Source of the DNA: Mizuhopecten yessoensis
Taxonomy: Eukaryota
Length of the DNA stretch: 64,000 nt
Direction of reading: 5' to 3'
NCBI RefSeq assembly: GCF_002113885.1
Contig: NW_018406583.1
Span: forward strand, 873,478 to 937,477
Positions within the stretch are counted from its first letter, which is position 1. Each line of letters begins with the position of its first letter. Positions 12,961 to 25,578 of the stretch are shown here, piece by piece. Under the pieces are notes generated by a model. The model was not told the origin of the DNA, ran no database searches, and saw nothing but the letters and a program-made list of their open reading frames with translations. A program made the position numbers and the translations under genes.

Positions 12961-14525
12961 TGGAAGCGAGATTTATCTTAAATATGTGCCTTAAGTCGGC
13001 GTATTCTCGCGTTAATTTTGCCGTCGTATTGTCACGTTATCGATCTCAGGTCGAAGAAGCGAGATTATGAAGTTTGCCATTCGCCCCTACCAGCTACCAC
13101 GATTAGATATTATAATGGGTCTCTCTCGTTGTTTATCGATCCAATATATGATTCATAATTAATAATTTTGTGATTGTTTTTATAGGTACACAAAGAAAAG
13201 CCATACTAATCCCTACCATGTGTCATGGTAAGCTAAGCATTACGGTTCGAAGGAATAAAATAAGCTTGTATAGATAATTGATCGCACGGACTAATTAACA
13301 CACATTATAGAACGCAACGGGACGTAACTCTAACAAAAACAAGATACACAATACCGACACCATCATTGTAGTTCGACTCGGATTGTCTTATAGTAATATC
13401 CTATTGACTAACCTGGACAATTACTTGTAGAAGTCGTACTCTTAAAATAAGACATTGATATCAACTGAGAATATGAATGACATTTATAGAAATTATTCCT
13501 CGGTTACGCTACCTATATCCTTCAATAGATTGGAGTATTGTCGACCGTTTTGGTATCAATTACAAGTATCACAACTAGATACATTGCAAAAGTTGTGTGT
13601 TGACACTACGTGTCTTTATAAACTTAAATAATAACGATTTGCACTTAAATGCCAAAAATATGTATTTATAAATATAAACTTTATTTATTTTACAACAATT
13701 AGGAAACAAGTTATTTCAACTTATATTAATCACAACGGCACTTGCAAGGCAAGTGCGCCATCCACTGCGCCACCCGACCATCCAAATATGTATACATTTT
13801 ACTGAATTGCAAATCTATATAAATACTTAAGTATAGCGCTGGTATTTTATACTAATACTACACTGTACGTAAGTCCAAAAAAAATGAACATTTAGTGCAG
13901 AAATATGTGTGTTCTTAAGTGCAATTCAGTCGCTGAAGCTTAAACGATTTTCATCTTACTTAAAGTCAGAGAAGTATATGCTGTGTAAGTCTCTATTAAA
14001 ACGTTTTCAAATCACAACGAAAAACGTATTTTGCCATATATGTATTTCGGTCCTTTTTTCACATAAGTACAAAAGTTTGTTGCCTTTATGTTCGTTGTTA
14101 CCATTATGTGGTGCTTTTTGAACTTAAATACAAAATACTTTGTACTTTTATGAGTGCTAAAATCTTGCGCTAAAGTAGGTTAAGTATATATGTTGAACTA
14201 AAACGGCCGCTCCATAGTGGAGAAAACTACGGCCACAACTTTAATCAATGACTACGGATCCATGTTGAGATCAGGCGCTTTCATCTGCATGTATGACACA
14301 TAATGGTCCGCTGGAAGCCCTTGAAAAACATTTCATTTCCATGGCGTGATAATACTGATGATCAGGGTCACATTGATCGATATTTTTCATATAGATAGTT
14401 TCCATTAGCTCTTGCCTAAAAGGGTGACAAGAGTTACTCCCCTTTGGTCGTAACTGTACCAATACATTTTTAGAGACAGAATACACAAAATCTCTGGAAG
14501 TATCGAGGTATTTCTCAAAAATACA

Positions 14526-15102
14526 TTTTTTGCCGGTTTGCACGCAATCAGGGAATCGAGATTGGCGATTCCCGTCCGTCTGTCCATCAGTCTGCACTAA
14601 GTTTAAGAAGAATGGTTAAGCTCAGTTTCCAAGTTATTAATTATCCCACATCAACTAAAATTGCATGGCTTATGCTTCTAAGGATGCTAATCACATGCGA
14701 AGCTTCGGATGCTGGTTCTGACCCACATTTTCCGCTTGACTGAGCAGGTTAAGGGTTAAGAAGATTGGTTAAGGTCCGGTTCATCTGCACTATGGTTAAG
14801 AAGATTGGTTTAGGTCACTTACGAAGTAACTTCTTGTTGTACATCAACTAAACTTACATGTTTTACGTATCTAAGGATGCTTACCAATGCGATGCTTTGG
14901 ATGCTGGTTCTAACCTACATTTTCCATTTCAGTGACCAGGTTAAGACAATTTTTAAGGTCAGTTACTAAGTAACCACTTGTTGTATATCAACTTAACTTG
15001 CATGGTTTATGTATTTTAAAGGATGCTTATCACATGTGATGCTTGGGATGCTGGTTCTGACTTAATCAATGATCCCGTTGCTTTTCAATATCCCCCATCT
15101 TG
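14526..15102 (+). mobile_element. HINE-type element with three internal repeats
   Basis: Hairpin gggaatcg...cgattccc, (gtcc/gtct)n, then three copies of catcaactaaa...aaggatgct...ggatgctggttct. Confidence 0.7.
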
Positions 15103-15589
15103 AAGATGTACTGCAGCAATCCTGCCAAAACTAAATTTGCGATAATGACATGTTAAGTTAAGCATGTTTTGGGGAAAAAACTAGACCCAGATAATTATAA
15201 TCTTTTTCTTTTATATCATATGTATGACTTCAAAAGGAAAAAATAAATCATCTATTGTTATCAGGTGTACTTTGTTGTATTCTTTCAAATTATCAATCAA
15301 TTGAAGTTGATGTATTCGTTACATTATTGGTATTATAGTGGAACGATAATTATAAAAATACGAAATAAGTATATCCACTTTGAAAGCCATCATACGGCCA
15401 TTTCGCCCATAATAGACTTACCGGTGTTTCTGAAGGTGAAAAGAATGAAAAATACATGTCTCACATGTGCTGAAAATGTAGAAATACCTGCAACCTATAA
15501 TACCTTTATTACTTTTAGACTATAGAAGAGCTAACACGATAGAGGTATATAAAATCATGACAGGGATATTTCACCTTTCAGTAGTACCA

Positions 15590-15870
15590 TCACCATGAGG
15601 GGACATAAACTGAATTTATATAAACAAAGAACGCGCATTAACATCAGGAAACATTTCTTCCTCCAGCGAACGATGGACACATGGAACAGTCTGTAATCAG
15701 AGGTTGTAACGTCACAAACTGTCCGAGAATTTGAATCCAGACTTAATCACTTTCGGAAGAGACGCCATATTGTTTAGGGGACTGACTCCAGGGCTCCCCA
15801 ACCCTGGCAGTTCCTATCAATTTATTTATATATATTTGTATATACTTATCAGTATTATATATATATATAA
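15590..15870 (+). mobile_element. CR1-like LINE 3' end fragment
   Basis: Translates to TMRGHKLNLYKQRTRINIRKHFFLQRTMDTWNSL*SEVVTSQTVREFESRL, typical of a CR1 ORF2 C-terminus. Confidence 0.75.
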
Positions 15871-16469
15871 TATTTGGCTGGGGGAAATAAAATATTTGAA
15901 AAAAAGAAAAAAGAAAAATATTGGAAGAACCAGCCACTTCTCTATAACAACAGGGAACCTATTGAGGCCACGAATATTTAAGTTAACAAGAAACTAACAC
16001 TCATTTAATATATAAAGGAACATATTATATCTACATTAAATATGAACCATTTACCTGAAATATAATACAATGTACAGATAATTGATAGTGTATGAACTTA
16101 CAAATACCGAGCTGTGACATTATCAGCAATGGACTTGTAAAGATTATCATAAATCATGTTATTACCAATAATATCAACCAACCTTTATTTATAAAACAGA
16201 GCTGACAGCAGAGGAAATGTAAACATTCCTATGGTCAGAATAAAATCTGTGTCTATTACGTCCACAGATAAAACAGACATTTCACATTTTAACAATTATT
16301 TCATGTCAACAGTGTGAGAATAATTTTCTAACCATGAAATAACTGTTATAGCATACACTTGTACGTTCTGGAAGCAATGTGTGAGATTTGTTGGAGCATT
16401 AGAACTCTTTTGTGTTCTGAACAAGGGGGAGATAAGCTAGTAGGAAAATTCAGCTGAGAAATTCTTCAT

Positions 16470-16578
16470 AAATGTTTATTGTATTAATTGCACATCTGTG
16501 TACTGTAAAGCGCTTTAGAGTGGCTTACATTAGCTAGATAGGGCGCTATATCAAATGTTGTATATTTATTTATTTATA
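16470..16578 (+). mobile_element. SINE 3' tail fragment
   Basis: gtactgtaaagcgctttagagtggctta...ctagatagggcgctatatcaaatg, shared with 23760-23825. Confidence 0.75.
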
Positions 16579-17696
16579 AAACTTTGGGGCTGGTAGCCAG
16601 TCTACTGACTATAGCTCGAACGCTACATTAACGTAACGACCTGGAAGCACTGCTTTTGGGGTTCATTCGGAGTGTTTCAATTTTTTGCTATTGTTATTAA
16701 TTCTTTGACATATATAGCTTCTTCAATTGTCCGGATATTTTAATACACGTGACATACCCCTTACCCCATACAACTCGCTGTCTTCATATGCAAAACAGCT
16801 ACGTAGCAAAAGATCTCTTTAACACACAATGTCCAAAGCCTTATCAACACGCCGAGTTTTAAAAAAAAATTAAAATCATTTTTTCTTGCATATGGTTTTG
16901 AGTTTAGTTCTCATTATTGTTAAATTCAGTTGATAAGACATGTATGTAATATTCCTATACAGGGGTTTTAATTTAAATCTAGATTAACACTGTTATGGAG
17001 GGGCAACTTTGTCTTCATTTTACAGATTAAGCTGCAAATACTTTTAACAATCTTCCTACAATTCTAGATGTTATCACAAGTATCTCTCATTGTACGGCCT
17101 TATGAGTTAATTAATCTTCAATATTATAATGTTCTAAGTCGTAAATGAGCCATGAGGTATTGTTAAAAACAGTCACATTAAAGCAATAGGCGATTAAAAC
17201 TCATGTTAAATGTCTCATTATTTTTATTCTTAAATTAAGTAATTAAAAATGTGTATTAGATAATGAAATTATTAAGTATATGTTCAAATAAACGCAGACC
17301 ATTCTGTGGTGTTCAAACGGAGAATACTTGCAAGGCATGCTAGTCTACGTTCAACGGTATGTATAAAATATCACGTTTTGTTTCAATTGGTGTATTGGCG
17401 TGGGTCAAAGTTAGTGCAAGGCATGGACAGTGCTGAATGAAGTAGAAAACTTGTTATATCGCTGGTGTTAAGTCATGGCATTCATGTTTTATATATAACT
17501 TATTCGTTCACACGTATACTAGTACATACACAGGTGTTAATACTGTGTATATAGATAGACAAAATCTGTGTTGAATAATATATGGCTTCGATAAACATTC
17601 ATCTTAAGTACAGCTTTATGCAAATTAAAGTCACCAAATACTTACGGTCAGCGTATATTTTTACATTAATGAACACCCATATATGGTTACATGTAT

Positions 17697-17955
17697 AAAT
17701 AGTCCCCAACCAAAACCTGGAGTGAGTTGGGATGGGGGATGGGGGATGGGGTTTGGGACTTAAGGTTTGCCCCCCTCCCCGTCCCCCCTCCCCGTCCGTC
17801 GGTCCTTCCGTCCGTGCGTCTTGTGCATATCTGTAAGAATCTGTCACTTACCATTTCCGAATTTTGTAAGGACCTCTGGGTATTTCTGAGTGTCGCGCAT
17901 GGAAACCAAACATCGTACCGCTTTATGTATCAAAGAGTTATGGTCCTTCGTTAAT
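17697..17955 (+). mobile_element. Degenerate HINE-like element
   Basis: atagtcccc...gggact subTIR/IR, (cgtc)n, and agagttatggtccttcgtt (similar motif at ~60193-60211). Confidence 0.5.
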
Positions 17956-19237
17956 TTAAGATATCAAAGTGTGTTCAGAGATTGCGGACTATTGGTTGCT
18001 AGCAATATTTTACCTTATTTGAATTGTAACATGTCTGTTATTTTGTTCGCACCGTTTTGAATTGGCTTTGATCTAGTAAAACACTATTAATATCAGTGAA
18101 ACAAACTATTGTATATCCCTACAACAAGTGCAATAAATGTATATAGTGACGTTAAGAACAGCAAGACGGTGACTTCACAAATGCACGACAATTGACAAAT
18201 ATGGTGCCGTTTTCCTTTGTTTTCCCCGGTCTAAAATATTCACAAAATATGTACAGGTAATTGAACATGCTTTAGCTTAATATATAGGATGAAAACGTTA
18301 AGAAACTCTTTCCATTTTTCCTAAAGCTTGGTTCATTAAATCATGTGTAATAGGAAAGAGTTTGTCGTTCTCATACAATTGGTTGTATATCTCTGTTTTT
18401 AAAACATATTTTGAAAAATATATTTATATAATTTTTTAACTGGTGCCGTTGACAGAAAACTAATATTTTCACGCAAATAAGCAAAACTCCTAAATTCTGC
18501 CATATATATATGTATGAATAAAATATATATTGTATTCAATGGGAAAACAATTAACGTTTCTATTTATTACATTATTAAACTACTAACAGCATCAAACAGT
18601 TAAAGATTTGATTGCATAATATTTTCCGCCATATTCTAATGACTTCACGTTGACAGCAAGACTGAAAATGATTGCAAACGGGTTATTGAAATCCTACCAT
18701 TTTCTGCTTATTTCTGGTAAGATTTGATTACAAGATGTCACTAACTGGGTACTTAGATACATTATTTCTTGCATGTAGCAAAGATGTGCGTTAACAACCG
18801 CTTTTTTCTATGATCGGGTCGTCTACATCTAACCAGAAATCCCTGAATTTGGGTGCAGCGAATGGGAAAAACCCTTTTGATTGGTCAATACCTAAAGTTA
18901 TATTTTCAAACTGTTTGATAATTATAGTTTTTGATATATTTAACAATGTTAAAGTTAGATAAAGTTGTAGACCTCAATATGCCACGGACAAAAATGTAAC
19001 AAATTACTCTCTTCTTTGTTCCTACAGATGTAGATCCCTCAGCACCACCTCTCGACGATGGCAACGACCAAAACGACCTGACGTTCGAGCTGTTGATCTA
19101 TACGAATTCAACGCCTCAGCCATGAAGGTTCTAGAGAAAGTTTTAAACAGATATCTACTAGACAGTTTCTTTACATACCCTTCTCAATGATTCAATAGGG
19201 AAATATGGACTAAGGACAATACTTAATAGTTGACAAA

Positions 19238-21409
19238 ATGCAAATGCAAGGAAAGTGTGTCCCAAAACGTAAGGGCATACTCCGTGTATTAGCGGGGCTA
19301 GTAGCGTTTACAGCGCTATCCGTGTTTGTTGAGTTGTCTGTTGCAGACTGGCGATATGACATCGTGGCAAACACAAACCCAGAACCTCCGCAAGACGTTC
19401 TTGTCATCGACATCCCACCAACTGCCATCCCGGTGAAGAAGGAGAAGATCGTATACCAGTCGTACGAGAAAGATTTCGCCTACCCATCTTTTGTAAACTT
19501 GTCCGCATTAGTTGCCGAGGCAACCCGAAAGAACATGACTTTTATACAGAACCCCCCGATAAACTACCATCCTTATAGGTATAACAACGTGCCAGCCAAC
19601 TGCCGACTACCGATGGATGGAGGTTCTACAAAACGCATCCTCATCATTGTCAAGTCGTTTGTGGGAAACGTTGAGATGCGTGTTGCAATAAGATCGCTTT
19701 GGGAGAAGATTAAAGACCCTTACATGGCTCTCGTGTTCATGCTGGGGGAATATCCGAAGGAAAATAATGGCCGACGCTGGCCCATAGACAGGGAGAATAG
19801 GATCTACAAGGATCTTATACAGGAAAACTTCGATGATTCCTACTTTAACAATACATTGAAGACCATCATGGGGTTTAACTGGGCAGTGAACAAATGTCCA
19901 CAGGCGGACCTGCTTCTCTTTCACGATGATGACTATCACGTGAAATATACGAATCTGTCCATTCATCTTCGAAAAGTATTAGCAGTCAACAAAACAAACA
20001 TCTACAGCGGAAGTTTGGCGGTAAAAGCAAGACCTTACAGAAATCGAGGAGAGCGTTGGTTTGTAACCATTCATCAGTACCCGTTCGATGTTTTCCCGCC
20101 TTATGTAGGCGGTGGAGCGTACGTTGTGTCAGCAGACGTGGCAAGGAAATTTCAAATGGCGTTCCCACATGTACGGTACCTGAGTTTTGACGACGTGTAT
20201 TTAGGAATTGTGGCTAGGAAGTTAGATATCATACCTACAAGCGATATGCTTCTCGATACTCTCTACCCGGATGCTCTCGCGCAGGAGTGTTCCCATAAAG
20301 CGAACGAATTATTCAGAGGTCAGTGTCCTCTAGCGATCAAAAAGCGGCAAATAGCAAACACGCCGGAAATTGTTGAGGAGAGTGAAACGAATAACACCGA
20401 TAACAGTAGCGCTATGCCATATCTGTCGTTTGAAAATAGTTTTTCTTTCCCGTTAGAGGCTAATATAAGATCGGCAATTAATGGGAAGATAATTCATAAT
20501 CATAGAATAAATCTCAGAAATATAAATGCTCATCCCTATCTGTATATAAGTGAACCGGCAGAGTGTAAGTTTGCCAAACACAGTCAAAATATCATTGTAT
20601 TTGTGAAGTCTTATGTTAAAAATGTAGAACAAAGGGCTGCAATACGTAGGATGTGGAACGAAAGTCTTCAGACGCATTCCACATCTCTAAAGTTGGTTTT
20701 CCTCCTCGGACAGGGAATCTATCCAGAAGACAAACCTCCTGTGGAAGCGGAGGTCGAGACTCACAAAGACATTTTACAGGAGGATTTCACAGAACACTAC
20801 AGAAACAATACCTACAAAGTTGTTATGGCACTGAATTGGGTAATGGCGAATAAAGCATGTTTTAGGACGCGTTTGCTGCTGTTTCTAGACGACGATTACT
20901 ATGTACATCAGAAAGAATTGCTGACATATTTGCACGGGTTATCCAACCATAATACACTATTTCTCGGAAAAGTCATGAAAAAGCAGGTTCCATGCAGACT
21001 TGAACGCGACAAGAGAAATCTTGTCTACAAGCAATATCCATTCGATATGTTTCCTGACTATATAAAAGGTGGTGTGTTTTTATTGTCATTCGAAGTTGCC
21101 CGTAAGTTTCAGCTCTCTTTTCCATACGTGAAGTATCTTCCCCTGGACGATGTGTACCTTGGAATCGTGGCCTGGAAGTTGCACATAGACCCCAAACATG
21201 ACCTAGTTTTTGACACATCGTCGCGTTCTGCTTTAACTTACGAATGTTCACATGTTGCCGCGCGGCTTATAAAAGGAAAATGTCCTCTGCGCGGAGAAGT
21301 TATAAAGAGTACTGTTCCTAAGATAACCAGACGAAGAGAAGGATTTTTTTCCCGTTTGATGAAATTACCTCAAATTTTTCAGTCCTTGTTTGGTAAGTTT
21401 ACGAAATAA
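19238..21409 (+). CDS. Tandem two-domain GT31 glycosyltransferase, both domains with intact motifs (G2, 723 aa)
   Basis: Type II TM anchor (ILRVLAGLVAFTALSVFV). Domain 1 has LFHDDDYH, PPYVGGGAY, FDDVYLG, ECSH. Domain 2 has LFLDDDYY, PDYIKGG, LDDVYLG, ECSH. Acceptor ttcctacag ends at 19027; AATAAA overlaps the stop. Confidence 0.93.
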   Translation: MQMQGKCVPKRKGILRVLAGLVAFTALSVFVELSVADWRYDIVANTNPEPPQDVLVIDIPPTAIPVKKEKIVYQSYEKDFAYPSFVNLSALVAEATRKNMTFIQNPPINYHPYRYNNVPANCRLPMDGGSTKRILIIVKSFVGNVEMRVAIRSLWEKIKDPYMALVFMLGEYPKENNGRRWPIDRENRIYKDLIQENFDDSYFNNTLKTIMGFNWAVNKCPQADLLLFHDDDYHVKYTNLSIHLRKVLAVNKTNIYSGSLAVKARPYRNRGERWFVTIHQYPFDVFPPYVGGGAYVVSADVARKFQMAFPHVRYLSFDDVYLGIVARKLDIIPTSDMLLDTLYPDALAQECSHKANELFRGQCPLAIKKRQIANTPEIVEESETNNTDNSSAMPYLSFENSFSFPLEANIRSAINGKIIHNHRINLRNINAHPYLYISEPAECKFAKHSQNIIVFVKSYVKNVEQRAAIRRMWNESLQTHSTSLKLVFLLGQGIYPEDKPPVEAEVETHKDILQEDFTEHYRNNTYKVVMALNWVMANKACFRTRLLLFLDDDYYVHQKELLTYLHGLSNHNTLFLGKVMKKQVPCRLERDKRNLVYKQYPFDMFPDYIKGGVFLLSFEVARKFQLSFPYVKYLPLDDVYLGIVAWKLHIDPKHDLVFDTSSRSALTYECSHVAARLIKGKCPLRGEVIKSTVPKITRRREGFFSRLMKLPQIFQSLFGKFTK

Positions 21410-23389
21410 ATATAATTTAACATTCATACTGGTTGATTTTATTTACCATAGATAACGCAACGCATGAATCTGTATGTATAGCATGTGTAATTTCACCAGT
21501 TTGACGTCACAAGAAAACTATGATGAACGATTAGAAAGAGAGGTAGTTAAAGTGTTATCAGTTGTAGTAAATATTTACCATTGTATGGAATTACCATTAT
21601 GTAACCATACCACATTCAGATGACATTAATATAACCTATGAATGTCATGAGCCGATTGTTGACGTCATCATAATTATGACGTTATAATTGGATACCACTG
21701 ACCACCTGGACAGATAGCCATTCTGTAAAAAAAAAAACATTTAAGAATATTTTATTGTACTGATCCTATGTACAAAAGGTACAAAGGAATTGGACAACAG
21801 GCATAGCCTATATAAGCCCTTTCCTTACAAAATATAACAGCATATACGCATCATACAGACGGTTCTTAAAATATGTTTCTTTTGTATTAATTTGTTTTGC
21901 ATTTTGATTTTGATTGGACAATACATATTTCAATTATCGCAATTGTTGTAGGAGAGATTATTTGACAATACTACTTGAGAAGCTAATAAAAACATCTGGT
22001 GTCTCTAATGTAATTCTGAACCGTCTCCACAATATTTCTATTCATTCAACAAGCATATTAGATAAATCCATTACTTGAATATTCAAATCTGAATGATAGT
22101 TAATGCAAAATGAATTTTCAATGAGATAAACAATTTCGAAAAATAGTAAATATATATTGCAAGTATTGAACTGCTTTTAGTTGGCATTCACAGGCAATAT
22201 GAATGCCAAATGGGCAAAGAAAAATCCAACATGAAGCAGTGGCACGCTTAATTAAATTTGCTTTTGTTCAGTTGGCATTCATATTGCCTTTGTTTACATG
22301 TACTCACTTTGATTTGCTTATATATGTATATAATATATATATCTTGTTTATATAAATGAAAATCAATATTTTGTTTTAGCAAGGTAAATTTATATCAATA
22401 TTTCTTTTAGCGTTTATATCAGATTTATATTATAATGATATAAACCAATTTATTGTAATTTCAATGAGTTTACTAAGTCCTTTTCTACCTTCATATTTTC
22501 ATTAAAGATGGACGAGCTCGGTCGATTGTACACACAACCCCTGTAGGCGATGGTAACACTTGCTGTACATCACAGTAACCTCCTGTTAATACTTATCAAT
22601 TACATGTTAATCTCTTGGATATAATAGAATGTTTACCCTACAGTGGTGGTCATAAGATGTGTTCTGTTATAAGCTCTATCAACCAAACTATGCGACCGAG
22701 CGGTGCACAGAAAGCGCCTGAGTATAGCTAGTATGATGATTGCTGTTTGTCTACCTCGATACATTGATGTAGGCCAAATATCAATGAATCGATAAATTTT
22801 CCAAAGCGCCTTAGCCATATCGCTTCAGGTTTAGAACACGCGTATCAATGCGACGTGAATCGGCTTTGTTATTAAGATTCACACCTTTGATAATGAACAT
22901 GTTTTTTAAAATCTTCCACTGTTTTGTTAAAGAGTTCAATTCTGGTCTTTGTTGGGCAATCAACACCAAGGTTGATATATGATCTTGTTGACGCTACAGA
23001 CAGCAATGTAAATGGTTAACACACATATACCAACTGAATACTGTCACAAAATGGAGCGAGTTTATGTGTAGTAAAAGAGACATGGTTTGAGGTTTAAAAT
23101 CTTTCACGATAAAGACGTGGATGTGCTTGGATCAAGTGAAATCAAGAAGGTTGGGTAAGTATCAGTATTAATATAAATGTATTGATAATTTATTGATTTT
23201 ACCATAAACTATTAATGCTGTAGTAGAAACAAGTAAGACGCAATGTGGTGGTATCTAATATAAATAAATATAATAATAATACATAACAGAAAAAAGCTTG
23301 GCATGGTATTCAATTACGAAAAGATGACATATATTTTCTATGTCAAATCACTCTATTATCAGTTATTATACAAATCAAAATAATATATA

Positions 23390-23835
23390 TCCTGGACGGA
23401 TTTGTCGAGTGATTAACACTCCGGCCTTCCACACAGGCGGCCGGGGTCCGATCCCCGAATTCGTCGCATGGATATTCAGAGAAACTGTTTTTCACCTGTC
23501 CACACAACTCCATTGACCCATGTGGAGTATGCATTGGTCTAGGGTTGATGTTGCGGTATCTGTGCTGTGGCATTCAAGTGAGGTGGCACTATAAATGATG
23601 CCATCGGAAAGACGGTCCTACCACAAGCATACACACACAGGGAGATATTAGCCAGGTGGCATAGGACTAGTAGCTAGCGCCTGCTAACACAGCTCCTGCG
23701 AATTCCTTAATATTGTATTGAATAATATATATGCTTATTGTATTAATTGTATATCTATGTACTGTAAAGCGCTTTAGAGTGGCCTATGTTACAGTAGCTA
23801 GATAGGTCGCTATATCAAATGTTTATTATTAATTT
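23390..23835 (+). mobile_element. Near full-length tRNA-derived SINE
   Basis: tRNA-like head (tgtcgagtgattaacac...ggggtccgatcccc, A/B-box-like), central body, LINE-like tail tgtaaagcgcttt...gctatatcaaat followed by (tta)n. Three more tail fragments occur in the window. Confidence 0.8.
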
Positions 23836-24489
23836 TATTATGATATATATATATATATATATACTGTATATATCTGTTTATGTATTCAAACCGTATACTT
23901 ATTCATAAAAGGACATGTAATATACAAAAATAGTTGACAAGTGAGAGGAGTTAGACGATCTTGTTCATGGATGAAGGATAATGTATACTACTATTTCAGT
24001 ACTTCTTAACAGTGCATATAACAACATTTCAATGATGTATCATACTAATTGTATTTCAGGGTAAATATATATACTTAAGTATAAAATCAGTATTGCTCCC
24101 GGAATATGATACATAAACATTAAGTTGTCAGCTGGTCGAAGCTGCCTTTTAAAAATGAAATGCCTCAATCACTTTGTTTGCCGTGCACATACCAACCTTA
24201 TCTGTGATATAAAATCATAAGTGTTTGTACAATGTGTATACTGTTGTGTACTTCTCTTTTGTAAGCTGTAGTTTTATTATATATCACAGTTTGTTGACTG
24301 ACTCTCAACGATAATGAAATTGTATCGAATGTTCTCCTAGGGGAGATATCATTTAAATGCGTCACCGGTAATTGTGACGTCATCAAAATTGAATGACGAA
24401 TTCAATACTCCACATGTGTTTTGTTTACAAACAGACTACTGTCGGTGGAGTTGTGACTGAAATAACAGGATTGGAGTAAAACAATCATC

Positions 24490-24910
24490 CCCTTCCTTGA
24501 GAGTGTAACAGAGAAATCTCTAACCCTCGGGGTGATTTTTGTTGCTTACCTTCGGCAGAGCCTTGGGTTAGACAACCAAATACATCACCCCTCGGGTTCG
24601 AGATTTCTCCGTCACACCCTCAAGGTAGAAGGAGATTCTATTAGTCGTTTCCTTGTGGAGATAGCCTCTAGCAGAATAGCACGTGTAAAATTGATACGAC
24701 AAACGTGATTTTATTTCCAACATACCAGACTTTTCTCAGTTAAGTTGTACACGTGATGGAAAAATATAGGAATCCCCTACCTTGCAGGTATAACAAAAAA
24801 GGGAATTTCAACCCTCGGGGTAAATATTTGGTTGCCTTACCCTCAACAGAACCTCGGATAAGAGAACTAAGTGATAGAGGTTTACATCCTCAATGTAGGG
24901 ATTTTTTTTA
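24490..24910. mobile_element. Palindromic non-autonomous element; related copy at ~52020-52430
   Basis: aaccctcgggg...tcggcagagcct...ccctcgggtt hairpin core in both copies. Confidence 0.65.
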
Positions 24911-25578
24911 TTTATCTCTATATTTTTTAAGTAATGATGAACATAAATAAATAAATATACAACATTTGATATATATAACAATGTTATTTCAGTTTTTCTA
25001 TATAAATCACAATAAAATGTATATAATTCATTACTGTGGATATAAGAATAATTGCTTCATTCAGTATTGAAGTATATCTAATAACATAATTCAGTATTGA
25101 TATATTCTACAATATCATCTTAGTATCGACGTATATACATGTATATATTTTTTTCGTATAATATGATATCAGTATTGAAGTAAACATATTTTTTACAATA
25201 TGATTTCAGTATAAATGAGCAACTTACATATTTTTCTGTTACGGTGATTATTACAAGATATTATTTTAAGTTTGACGGCTATCTTTCCATCAGATTTCAG
25301 ATTTGATGTGGATATTTTGATGTTATGTTTTTCAATTATTTGAAAGTAGTAAATAGGTAATAATTATCACATGTCAATTTTTGCGTTTATAGGTTGATGC
25401 AAAACAAGACTTGTCAGTTTGTGGATGACGTCAATCCCGAAACCCCGCGACAAACATGGGCTACAAAGGTGTTTTTGCAGCTGATTCTACCGACGATATT
25501 ATGCATATTTGAATTTTAAATCGATTACACTAACATATTGCAAATACAAACGTGTAGCTAACACACATTTGCTAGAAC

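Noticed and set aside
12080-13070. 263-aa (SPSYSDVVAS)n and (TSEYDGEDAT)n ORFs as real proteins, e.g. Pol II CTD-like or mucin-like
   Set aside because: They are by-products of a 30-bp tandem repeat open on both strands, with no unique domain, signal peptide or supporting splice structure, and are interrupted by a stop and an indel.
23390-23465. tRNA genes here and at 54340-54411, 30420-30500, 1320-1400
   Set aside because: The tRNA-like heads are degenerate and attached to SINE or repeat bodies; no clean cloverleaf is visible.
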